A DNA stretch of 39,755 bases, taken from the NCBI GenBank assembly GCA_050257835.1, contig JBLMXP010000060.1:1-39755 (forward strand), given 5' to 3'. Of the stretch, positions 18,122-26,056 are shown in pieces. Position numbers and translations under genes: made by a program. Origin of the DNA: Planctomycetaceae bacterium. GTDB taxonomy: Bacteria; Actinomycetota; UBA4738; HRBIN12. The notes beneath the pieces were generated by a model, which saw nothing but the letters and a program-made list of their open reading frames with translations, had not been told where the DNA came from and ran no database searches. How positions within the stretch are numbered: position 1 is the first letter of the stretch; every line of letters starts with the position of its first letter.

Positions 18122-18166
18122 TCCTCAGTCGGCTGCCCGGGAGACCGGCAGAAAGGAAGGGATCGC

Positions 18167-18247
18167 ATGCTTCGGAAGCTCCTCTACTCGCTGGGCGCCC
18201 TCGCGCTGATGGCGATGGCGGTCGGCGCCGGCTTCAAGCCCGCGTAA
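18167..18247 (+). CDS. Small peptide B1 (26 aa) MLRKLLYSLGALALMAMAVGAGFKPA
   Basis: AAAGGAAGG RBS; paralog at 18657 differs at 5 synonymous and 3 non-synonymous codons. Confidence 0.85.
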   Translation: MLRKLLYSLGALALMAMAVGAGFKPA

Positions 18248-18260
18248 CACCGCAACGTGC

Positions 18261-18311
18261 GACGACGCCCCCGGACCGGGCGGGTAACTCCGTCGATCCG
18301 GGGGCGTCGTC
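18261..18311 (+). terminator. Long GC hairpin after peptide B1
   Basis: Perfect 15-bp stem GACGACGCCCCCGGA/TCCGGGGGCGTCGTC; no U-tract. Confidence 0.7.
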
Positions 18312-18512
18312 AAGCGCCATCAACCTCTCGCGGCCGATGAATCTGGCATGGGGCCGCCTACGACGCTGGCCCTAACGACCCCGAGGTAGTGGGGGGTCGG
18401 AGGGCCGACCTCTGTCCTCCCGGGTCGGCCGGCCGGGTTCCCGACCCTCGCCCGATGTACCGACCCGCCTTCTCCGCCGACACTTCTTGAGACACGACAA
18501 GGAGGTGATCGG

Positions 18513-18611
18513 ATGCGAGCGAAGTTCTCCGGATGGAAGCACTGGCTGTTCTCGGCCACCGCGCTTGCCACCGTCGTGCTCGCGGCCGGCGCCCGGTACA
18601 AGCCGCACTGA
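18513..18611 (+). CDS. Small peptide A2 (32 aa) MRAKFSGWKHWLFSATALATVVLAAGARYKPH
   Basis: AAGGAGGTGA RBS; 5 nt differences from A1. Confidence 0.85.
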   Translation: MRAKFSGWKHWLFSATALATVVLAAGARYKPH

Positions 18612-18656
18612 TCTTCGGACGGCTTCCCGGGAGACCGGCGGAAAGGAAGGGATCGC

Positions 18657-18737
18657 ATGCTTCGCAAGCTCTTCTACTCGCTCGGCGCGCTCGCGCTGCT
18701 GGCGATGGCGGTCGGGGCTGGCTTCAAGCCCAACTAA
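18657..18737 (+). CDS. Small peptide B2 (26 aa) MLRKLFYSLGALALLAMAVGAGFKPN
   Basis: AAAGGAAGG RBS; paralog of B1. Confidence 0.85.
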   Translation: MLRKLFYSLGALALLAMAVGAGFKPN

Positions 18738-18753
18738 GACCGTTCCGTATCGC

Positions 18754-18806
18754 CGACGAGGCCCTCGGACAGACCAGCGACGCTGGCAGGTCCGAGGGTC
18801 TCGTCG
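18754..18806 (+). terminator. Long GC hairpin after peptide B2
   Basis: 17-bp stem CGACGAGGCCCTCGGAC/GTCCGAGGGTCTCGTCG (one G-U pair) plus inner CCAGC/GCTGG stem. Confidence 0.7.
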
Positions 18807-18901
18807 TGCCTGCTCCTCGTACGGGAGCACCCGCGTGCCGGTCGCCGGGCGCATCCTGGGACCCCTCTTCAGTTGCGTCGTGAGATTCCGATAGGACCCC
18901 T

Positions 18902-19477
18902 ATGAGGCTGATGGTGCTGTGCCTGTCGATCACGCTCCTGGCCGGTGTCCTGCTGGGCGGGCGCCTCCAGAACGTGTCGAACCTGCGGATCCGATGGGGC
19001 GGCCTCGCGGTGGTCGGCTTCGCGCTGCAGTTCGTCACCGGTCCCGGCGAGACGGTGCCGCTCGTGAGCCTCTATGCCTCGTTCGTCCTGTTGATCGTGT
19101 TCGCCGTGAAGAACATCCGCATCACGGGGTTCCCCGTCGTGCTGGTGGGGATCCTGCTCAACTTCACTGTGATCGGGCTGAACCACGGGATGCCCGTGTC
19201 CGGTCACGCGCTCGTCGCCTCGGACCAGGGTCAGTTCCTCTACGACCTCACGCACGACCCCTACCCCAAGCACCATCTGGCGACCTCGGCGGACACGCTC
19301 CGCTTCCTCGGCGACGTGATCGCGATCCCCTCGCCCATCGCGCAGGCCGTGAGCGTCGGGGACCTCTTCACCTACGGCGGCGTCGCGATCGTGATCGTCG
19401 CCGCGATGCGGACGCCGGGACGTCGGGAGGAGGACGGGTCGGCCCCCGAGACCGAGGTGCAGCATGCCGGAGGCTGA
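18902..19477 (+). CDS. DUF5317-like integral membrane protein
   Basis: GGRL.N N-terminus, several TMs, 'N...G...VG.LLN..VI.LNHGMPV', 'H.L', 'L.FLGDVI', 'SVGD' pattern, recalled as DUF5317. Confidence 0.8.
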   Translation: MRLMVLCLSITLLAGVLLGGRLQNVSNLRIRWGGLAVVGFALQFVTGPGETVPLVSLYASFVLLIVFAVKNIRITGFPVVLVGILLNFTVIGLNHGMPVSGHALVASDQGQFLYDLTHDPYPKHHLATSADTLRFLGDVIAIPSPIAQAVSVGDLFTYGGVAIVIVAAMRTPGRREEDGSAPETEVQHAGG

Positions 19478-21581
19478 CGGCGAGGTCGTCGTCGCGCCGC
19501 CGGGGCGCTCGCTCGGGCTGAAGCTCTACGAGACGGCGGTGGCGCTGCCGATCATCGCCTACGTCGTGTGGTCGTACCTGCGCGACCCGGGCCCGTTCCA
19601 CGACCCCGAGATCCTCGTCTGGGTCCTGGCGATCGCGGCCGTCGACCTGCTGCCGGTGAAGACCACGATGGCGTCGGTCGATTTCAGTCTGAGCTTCCCG
19701 CTCGAGCTGTCGGTGGCGCTCCTGTACCCCACGCCGGTCGCCGCGCTGATCGCGTTGGTGGGGTCCAGCGACCATCGGGAGCTCCGCCGCGAGTGGCCGC
19801 TGCTCAAGGCGCTGTCGATCCGATCCATGATCGCGGCGGCCGTGATCTGCGAGAGCACGATGTTCAAGTCGATCGCGACGGTCCACGACAAGGTGTGGTA
19901 CGTGGCGATCGGAGCGATCTGCGCGACGATCGTCGGCTACGCCGCGAACATCCTGCTGGTCGCTCTCTACACGCGATTCCAGTCGGGCGCGTCCGTGTGG
20001 CGGTTCGTCCGCGAGATCCACGTCGGCGTCTTCGGCGAGTTCGTGATCAGCTACATGGGCCTCGCGATGTTCAGCGTGCTGGTCGTGACCACCTTCCAGC
20101 AGATCAGGCTCTTCGCGATCTTCGTGTTCCTGGCGCCGCTCGCGTTCGCGCGGCAGATGTTCCAACGGACCCACTCGTTGCAGGAAGCGACGAACGAGCT
20201 GGCGGAGAAGCAGGCGGAGAACGAGTACCAGGCGCTGCACGACTCCCTGACCGGGATGCCGAACCGGATGCTCTTCCAGCTGAAGCTGGTCGAGGCGATC
20301 GAGCAGGCGCGCCGGGGGGACGGATCGCTCGCGGTCATGCTGATCGACCTCGACCATTTCAAGGAGATCAACGACACGCTCGGCCATCACTTCGGGGACC
20401 TGCTGCTCCAGGAGATCGGCCCCCGTCTGTCGACCGTGCTCCGCGAGGACGACCTGATGGCGCGCCTGGGGGGCGACGAGTTCGGCATCGTGCTGCCGAA
20501 CCTGCCCGACGACGGCGTCGCGATCCGGGTCGTGGAACGTCTCCTCGAGGAGCTCGAGAAGCCCGTGTCGGTCGAAGGGCTCGCCCTGGACGTCTCGGGC
20601 TCGGTCGGGATCGCGCTGTTCCCGGAGCAGGCGAACGACGCCGAGACCCTGATGCGACGTGCCGACGTGGCGATGTACGCGGCCAAGGAGAACGGCGGCG
20701 GCTACGAGGTCTACGACGACGGGCTCGACCGGCACAACCCGGAGCGCCTCACCCTGATCGGGCAGGTGCGCCCGGCGCTCGAGTCGGGCGAGTTCGTGAT
20801 GTTCTATCAGGCGAAGGTCAGGCTGGAGGACGGGCGCGTCGCGGGGGCCGAGGCGCTGATCCGCTGGGAGCACCCCACACTCGGGCTCGTGCCTCCCGAC
20901 CACTTCATCCCGCTCGTCGAGAAGACGGTGCTGCTGCGGCCGCTGACGCACTACGTCGCCGAATCGGTGCTCGGGCAGTGGCGTCAGTGGGCCGACATGG
21001 GGATCCGGCTGCCGTTGTCGATCAACATCTCGGCCCGCTCTTTGCTCGACGGCCAGCTCCCCGACGAGATCGAGTCGCTCCTCGCGCGGTTCGAGGTGCC
21101 GCCGGCGTTCCTGCGACTGGAGTTGACCGAGAGCTTCCTGATGGGGGACTCGGGCCGTTCGACCGCCGTGCTGGACCGGCTCTCCGACGTCGGCGTCGGG
21201 TTGTCGATCGACGACTTCGGCACCGGGTACTCGTCGCTGTCGTACCTGAAGCGCCTCCCGATCGAGGAGATCAAGATCGACAAGTCGTTCGTGATGCAGA
21301 TGCACGTCGACGCGAACGACTTCATGATCGTGCGGGCGACCGTGGACCTCGGGAAGAACCTGGGTCTGCGCACGGTCGCCGAGGGCGTCGAGGACCTGCA
21401 GACGTTCGATCGGCTCGCGGAGTTCGGCTGTGACGAGGCGCAGGGCTACTACATCTCCAAGCCGATCTCGGCGATCGAGTTCACGCGATGGCTGTCGGTG
21501 CGCAACCTCGACCGGGAGGGGGCGACGCCGCCGGCGGACCTGGAGTGGCCGCCCAAGGACGGGCACCTCCGGGTCGTGTGA
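19464..21581 (+). CDS. Multi-TM sensor + GGDEF + EAL (diguanylate cyclase/phosphodiesterase)
   Basis: ~230-aa polytopic N-terminus, short coiled coil, HDSLTG.PNR, DLDHFK.INDT.GH, REDD I-site + GGDEF, EALIRW, DDFGTGYSS, EGVE, QGY; overlaps the upstream gene by 14 nt. Confidence 0.95.
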   Translation: MPEADGEVVVAPPGRSLGLKLYETAVALPIIAYVVWSYLRDPGPFHDPEILVWVLAIAAVDLLPVKTTMASVDFSLSFPLELSVALLYPTPVAALIALVGSSDHRELRREWPLLKALSIRSMIAAAVICESTMFKSIATVHDKVWYVAIGAICATIVGYAANILLVALYTRFQSGASVWRFVREIHVGVFGEFVISYMGLAMFSVLVVTTFQQIRLFAIFVFLAPLAFARQMFQRTHSLQEATNELAEKQAENEYQALHDSLTGMPNRMLFQLKLVEAIEQARRGDGSLAVMLIDLDHFKEINDTLGHHFGDLLLQEIGPRLSTVLREDDLMARLGGDEFGIVLPNLPDDGVAIRVVERLLEELEKPVSVEGLALDVSGSVGIALFPEQANDAETLMRRADVAMYAAKENGGGYEVYDDGLDRHNPERLTLIGQVRPALESGEFVMFYQAKVRLEDGRVAGAEALIRWEHPTLGLVPPDHFIPLVEKTVLLRPLTHYVAESVLGQWRQWADMGIRLPLSINISARSLLDGQLPDEIESLLARFEVPPAFLRLELTESFLMGDSGRSTAVLDRLSDVGVGLSIDDFGTGYSSLSYLKRLPIEEIKIDKSFVMQMHVDANDFMIVRATVDLGKNLGLRTVAEGVEDLQTFDRLAEFGCDEAQGYYISKPISAIEFTRWLSVRNLDREGATPPADLEWPPKDGHLRVV

Positions 21582-21587
21582 GCCGGG

Positions 21588-22571
21588 TCAGATCGTCAGC
21601 GCCACCGCGCCCCGGACCGCGCCGCTCCGCAGCGCCTCGAGGGCTTCGTTCGCGTCTTCGAGGGCGAAGGACCTCACGTGGGAGCGGACCGGGACCTGGG
21701 GCGCGAGCGCCAGGAACTCGACGCCGTCGCGGCGCGTGAGGTTGGCGACCGAGCGCACGACCCGCTCGCCCCACAGCAGCTCGTAAGGGAACGACGGGAT
21801 GTCGGACATGTGGATCTCGCCGCACACGACGGTGCCGCCGGGCGCGACGGCCGCGAGGGCGAACGGCACCAGCTCGCCGGCGGCCGCGAACACGATCGCG
21901 GCGTCGAGTGGCTCGGGAGGCGCCTCGGTGGAGGCGCCCGCCCACTCGGCACCGAGCTCGCGAGCGAACGCCTGGGTCTGCACGTCGCCTTCGCGCGTGA
22001 AGGCGAAGACCCGCCGCCCCTGGTGCAGCGCGACCTGCGTGAGCAGGTGGGCTGCGCCGCCGAACCCGTAGATCCCCAACAGCTCCGCGTCGCCGGCCAT
22101 CCGCAGGCACCGGTAGCCGATCAACCCGGCGCAGAGCAGCGGCGCGGCCTGCAGATCCGGGTACCCGCCGGGGATCGGGAAGCAGTACCGGGCATCGGCC
22201 ACGATCCGCTCCGCGTAGCCGCCGGGCAGCTGGTAGCCGGTGAAGCGCGCGTTCGCGCAGAGGTTCTCGCGTCCGGTTCGGCAACGGTCGCACACGCCGC
22301 AGGTCCAGCCCAGCCAGGGCACGCCGACGCGGTCGCCCGCGGCGAGATCGTCGACCCCCGGCCCGAGCGCGTCGACCGTCCCGACGACCTGATGGCCCAG
22401 GACGAGCGGCAGCGCGGGGTCCCGGAGGTCCCCCTCGACGATGTGCAGGTCGGTGCGGCACACGCCGCACACCGCGACGCGGATCCCCACCTGACCTTCG
22501 CCGGGTACCGGGTCGGCGAGCGTTTCGGGCTCGAGGGCCGCGCCGAGGCTCCGCAGGACCATCGCGCGCAT
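21588..22571 (-). CDS. Zinc-dependent alcohol dehydrogenase
   Basis: GVCRTDLH, LGHQVVG, CG.CD.C...ENLC, APLLCAG, GIYGFG. Confidence 0.93.
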   Translation of the reverse strand: MRAMVLRSLGAALEPETLADPVPGEGQVGIRVAVCGVCRTDLHIVEGDLRDPALPLVLGHQVVGTVDALGPGVDDLAAGDRVGVPWLGWTCGVCDRCRTGRENLCANARFTGYQLPGGYAERIVADARYCFPIPGGYPDLQAAPLLCAGLIGYRCLRMAGDAELLGIYGFGGAAHLLTQVALHQGRRVFAFTREGDVQTQAFARELGAEWAGASTEAPPEPLDAAIVFAAAGELVPFALAAVAPGGTVVCGEIHMSDIPSFPYELLWGERVVRSVANLTRRDGVEFLALAPQVPVRSHVRSFALEDANEALEALRSGAVRGAVALTI

Positions 22572-22670
22572 GGCGTCAGCCTATCCCCGGCGCGGGAGCC
22601 CGTAGACTGGCCGCCGATGCCCCGTCGCCGAGCGACCGGGGCTGTTCGTGTTGTCTCGAAGGAGGTCGGT

Positions 22671-25600
22671 GTGGGGTTGCGGGAGGCGCTGGGGGCGCTG
22701 GTCGGCTCGGAGCCGTTCGAACGGCTCCTGCTCGCGCGCGAGCGCCCGGTGGTCGCGCGCGCCGACGCGGGGGAAGCGTTCGTGGTCGCCGGGCTCGCCA
22801 CGGCCCTGGACGCCCCGATCCTGGCGGTGGCCGCCGGCCCGCGCGAAGCGGAGCTGCTCGCGGCCGACCTCGGCGCGTTCCTCCAGGGCGATGTCGCATC
22901 GCTGCCCGCGTGGGAGGCCCTGCCCTACGAGGGCATCTCCCCGGCCCCCGACGTCGCCGCACGGCGGGCGGCGGCGATCCACGCGCTCCGAGGGGCCGCC
23001 GGCGCGTTCGTGCTCGTCGCCCCCGCGCTCGCCGCGATGCAGGGGCTGGTCCCCACGCTCGGGACCGTGCCGCCGCTGCAGCTCGTGGCCGGACGGGAAC
23101 TGCCGCCGGACGTGGCGGCCGCGCTGCTCGTCGACCTCGGGTACGCCCGGGCCGACGTGGTCGAGCACCGGGGCGAGTTCGCGGTCCGTGGCGGGGTGCT
23201 GGACGTCTTCCCCGGCGACGCTCGCCGTCCGGTCCGCCTCGAGTACTGGGGCGACGAGATCGAGTCGCTCCGCGAGTTCTCGCCCTCGACCCAGCTGTCG
23301 ACATCGAAGACGGCGACGGCCGCCGTCGGGCCGGTCCGCGAGTTGATCCTCGACGACGACCTCCGCCGCAGGGCAGGGGAACGCGCGCAGGAGCACGGCG
23401 ACCGCTTCGGGGACCTCCTGCAGCGGATCGCCGACGGCCTGCACCCTGAAGGGATGGAGACGGCGGCGCCGTTCCTGTTCGACCACCTGCCGACCCCGGC
23501 CGAGCTGCTGCCGGAGGGCTCGTGGGTCGTGCTCACGCGGGCGGGCCGCACGCACGACCGGGCGCGCCAGGCGCACGAGGAGGCCGAGGCCCTGGCGGAC
23601 GCGCTCGGGTGGCCGGGCGAGCGCGTCGTCCGCGACCTCGAGGACGCGATCGGCGGGCGCCCCCAGCTGCACCTGACCGAGTTCACCGAAGGGATCGACC
23701 TCGAGGTCACGTCCTGGGGCTCGGCGCAGGGGAACCCGACCGAGTTAGCGCAGCGCTTGCGCGAGCTGCGGGACCGCGGCCATCGCGTCACGGTGACCGC
23801 GCGGGGCCACGGTCCCCTCGAGCGCGTGCGCGAGGTTCTCGGTGACGTCGCCCACGATGCCGAGGAGGCGCCCCTCGCCAACGGCTTCGTGTTCGGGCCC
23901 GGGAAGGTGGCGGTCGCGACCGAGGAGGACGTGTTCGGGTCGCGCAGGCACACGCGGAGCGCGCCGCGGTTCACCTCGCGCCGGACCGAGAGCGTGGCCG
24001 ACGAGCTCGAGCCGGGCGATTTCGCGGTCCACCGGATCCACGGGGTCGGGCGCTACGCGGGGATCGTCCACCGCGAGCTGGCCGGCGCCGAGCGCGACTA
24101 CCTCGTGCTCGAGTACGCGGCGGGGGACAAGCTCTACGTGCCCTCCGACGCGGTCGGGATGGTCGCGAAGTACCTCGGCGGCGACGCCCCGCGGCTGCAC
24201 CGGATGGGCGGCTCCGACTGGGCGCGGGCGACCGCGAAGGTCAAGCGCGCGGTCCGCGACATGGCTGGAGAGCTCGTCCGTCTCTACACGGTCCGCATGT
24301 CGGTGCCCGGGCACGCGTTCGGTCCCGACACGCCGTGGCAGCAGGAGCTCGAGGACGCGTTCCCGCACGAGGAGACGCCCGACCAGGTGCGCGTGATCGA
24401 AGAGGTCAAGCGCGACATGGAGCAGCTCGCGCCGATGGACCGGCTCCTATGCGGCGACGTCGGGTTCGGCAAGACCGAGGTGGCGCTGCGGGCCGCGTTC
24501 AAGGCGGTGATGGACGGCAAGCAGGTGGCGGTGCTCGTTCCGACCACGCTCCTGGCCGAGCAGCACTACCTCACGTTCACCGAGCGGTTCGCCCCGTTCC
24601 CGGTGACCGTGCGGATGCTTTCACGGTTCGTGCACGCCGCCGAGCAGAAGGAGACCGTGGACGCGTTGGCGCGGGGCAAGGTCGACGTCGTGATCGGCAC
24701 CCACCGACTGCTCGGCCGCGACATCGCGTTCAAGGACCTCGGGCTGCTCGTGGTCGACGAGGAGCAGCGGTTCGGCGTGTCCCACAAGGAGCGGATCAAG
24801 GCGATGCGCGCGCAGGTCGACGTGCTCACGATGACGGCGACACCGATCCCGCGGACCCTCGAGATGGCGCTCACCGGGATCCGGCAGATGTCGACGATCG
24901 ACACCCCGCCCGAGGACCGCCAGCCGGTGCTGACGTACGTCGGTTCCTACGACGAGGAGCTCGCGCTCGGCGCCGTCCGACGGGAGCTGCTCCGCGAGGG
25001 CCAGATCTTCTGGGTCCACAACCGCGTTGCGACGATCGACCGCCAGGCGCACTGGCTGCAGCAGCAGCTGCCCGAGGCTCGCGTGATCGTGGCGCACGGC
25101 CAGATGCAGGAGGACCAGCTCGAGCCGCAGATGATGAAGTTCTGGGAGCGCGAGGCCGACGTCCTCGTTTGCACCACGATCATCGAATCGGGTCTGGACG
25201 TGCCGAACGCGAACACCCTCGTCGTCGACCGCGCCGACATGCTCGGGCTCGCGCAGCTCTACCAGTTGCGCGGCCGGGTCGGCAGGTCGACCGAGCGGGC
25301 ATTCGCGTACCTGTTCTTCCCCTCCCAGCGCGAGATGACCGAGGAGGCCCACGAGCGCCTCGCGACGATCGCGCACCACCAGGCCCTGGGCAGCGGGTTC
25401 CAGATCGCGATGCGCGACCTCGAGATCCGTGGCGCCGGCAACATGCTCGGCGCCGAGCAGAGCGGGCACATCGCCGCCGTCGGGTTCGACGCGTACGCGC
25501 GGATCCTGCAGGAGTCTGTCCGGGAGCTCCAGGGCCTACCGGTCGAGCAGGACAAGGAGCTCCGGATCGACCTGCCCGTCAAGGCGTTCGTGCCGCCGGG

Positions 25601-26045
25601 ATGGGTCGCGCAGGAGGCGCTCCGCCTCGAGCTCTACCGGCGGATCTCGCTTGCGGCCGACCACGAGGTGCTCGGCGAGATCCGCCGCGAGACCGTCGAT
25701 CGCTACGGCGCGCTCCCTGAGCAGGTCGAGGTGCTGTTCGCGATCGCGTCGCTGCGGATCACCGCGAAGCGCCTCGGCGCCGAGGAGATCGCCACGTTCC
25801 GCGACCAGGTCCGCGTGACGCCCATGGCGATACCGGACGCCCTGCGGCTGGACCTCGGCGAGCGGATCGAGGGGGCGACCTTCCACGCGGCGAAGGGCAC
25901 GCTCAACCTCGTGCCCGGGCGCGTGTTCGGCGCCGACCTCGTGCGATGGGTCGAGGCACGCCTTCGGGAGGCCGTCGGTGAGTCCGCGGAGCCGGGCCTG
26001 AGCACGACCGAGACCGAAGGCGTCGGTTCCGAGGCCCCCGCGTAG
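22671..26045 (+). CDS. mfd: Transcription-repair coupling factor
   Basis: RGGVLDVF, CarD-like VH.HGVGRY, ETPDQ, GDVGFGKTE, DEEQRFG, TATPIPRT, QLRGRVGRS, TRCF C-terminus. AAGGAGG RBS before GTG 22671; alternative in-frame ATG at 22617. Confidence 0.97.
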   Translation: MGLREALGALVGSEPFERLLLARERPVVARADAGEAFVVAGLATALDAPILAVAAGPREAELLAADLGAFLQGDVASLPAWEALPYEGISPAPDVAARRAAAIHALRGAAGAFVLVAPALAAMQGLVPTLGTVPPLQLVAGRELPPDVAAALLVDLGYARADVVEHRGEFAVRGGVLDVFPGDARRPVRLEYWGDEIESLREFSPSTQLSTSKTATAAVGPVRELILDDDLRRRAGERAQEHGDRFGDLLQRIADGLHPEGMETAAPFLFDHLPTPAELLPEGSWVVLTRAGRTHDRARQAHEEAEALADALGWPGERVVRDLEDAIGGRPQLHLTEFTEGIDLEVTSWGSAQGNPTELAQRLRELRDRGHRVTVTARGHGPLERVREVLGDVAHDAEEAPLANGFVFGPGKVAVATEEDVFGSRRHTRSAPRFTSRRTESVADELEPGDFAVHRIHGVGRYAGIVHRELAGAERDYLVLEYAAGDKLYVPSDAVGMVAKYLGGDAPRLHRMGGSDWARATAKVKRAVRDMAGELVRLYTVRMSVPGHAFGPDTPWQQELEDAFPHEETPDQVRVIEEVKRDMEQLAPMDRLLCGDVGFGKTEVALRAAFKAVMDGKQVAVLVPTTLLAEQHYLTFTERFAPFPVTVRMLSRFVHAAEQKETVDALARGKVDVVIGTHRLLGRDIAFKDLGLLVVDEEQRFGVSHKERIKAMRAQVDVLTMTATPIPRTLEMALTGIRQMSTIDTPPEDRQPVLTYVGSYDEELALGAVRRELLREGQIFWVHNRVATIDRQAHWLQQQLPEARVIVAHGQMQEDQLEPQMMKFWEREADVLVCTTIIESGLDVPNANTLVVDRADMLGLAQLYQLRGRVGRSTERAFAYLFFPSQREMTEEAHERLATIAHHQALGSGFQIAMRDLEIRGAGNMLGAEQSGHIAAVGFDAYARILQESVRELQGLPVEQDKELRIDLPVKAFVPPGWVAQEALRLELYRRISLAADHEVLGEIRRETVDRYGALPEQVEVLFAIASLRITAKRLGAEEIATFRDQVRVTPMAIPDALRLDLGERIEGATFHAAKGTLNLVPGRVFGADLVRWVEARLREAVGESAEPGLSTTETEGVGSEAPA

Positions 26046-26056
26046 ACTGGCCGCCC

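Larger units (their letters stand above)
17869..18737 (+). repeat. Direct duplication of a ~380-bp unit (leader + two peptide ORFs) at an exact 490-bp offset
   Basis: 17869-18247 aligns without gaps to 18359-18737; nearly identical from the RBS through both ORFs, patchier in the leader. Confidence 0.95.

Noticed and set aside
18337-18375. 12-aa ORF MNLAWGRLRRWP between the two units
   Set aside because: No RBS, no counterpart in the other copy, lacks the shared motif.
17869-18737. CRISPR array or IS element as explanation of the repeat
   Set aside because: Only two long copies; no repeat-spacer periodicity, cas gene, transposase or terminal inverted repeats.
18023-18737. Type I toxin or AgrD/RiPP precursor identity for the peptides
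   Set aside because: No Cys for a thiolactone, no acidic AgrD tail, no RiPP enzymes nearby, and RBSs are not obviously occluded. A type I toxin role is not formally excluded.
17823-18894. ORF-track ORFs across the duplicated region (e.g. 17823-18209, 18043-18375, 18487-18894, 18533-18883 and minus-strand ORFs)
   Set aside because: They lack RBSs and their starts or stops are not conserved between copies; the short frames have strong RBSs, conserved starts and stops, and synonymous-biased changes.
18868-18894. Sigma28/WhiG-like promoter (TTCA-N15-TCCGATAG) before DUF5317; also GCCGATGA at 18333
   Set aside because: The -35 match is weak and the spacing at 18333 is wrong; insufficient support.
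17830-18900. c-di-GMP riboswitch upstream of the GGDEF-EAL operon
   Set aside because: I could not find the c-di-GMP-I or -II consensus by eye; an Rfam scan would be decisive.
22601-26055. Target-site duplication around mfd implying a mobile element
   Set aside because: The enclosed gene is core mfd in its normal context; the repeat is better explained as promoter sequence.
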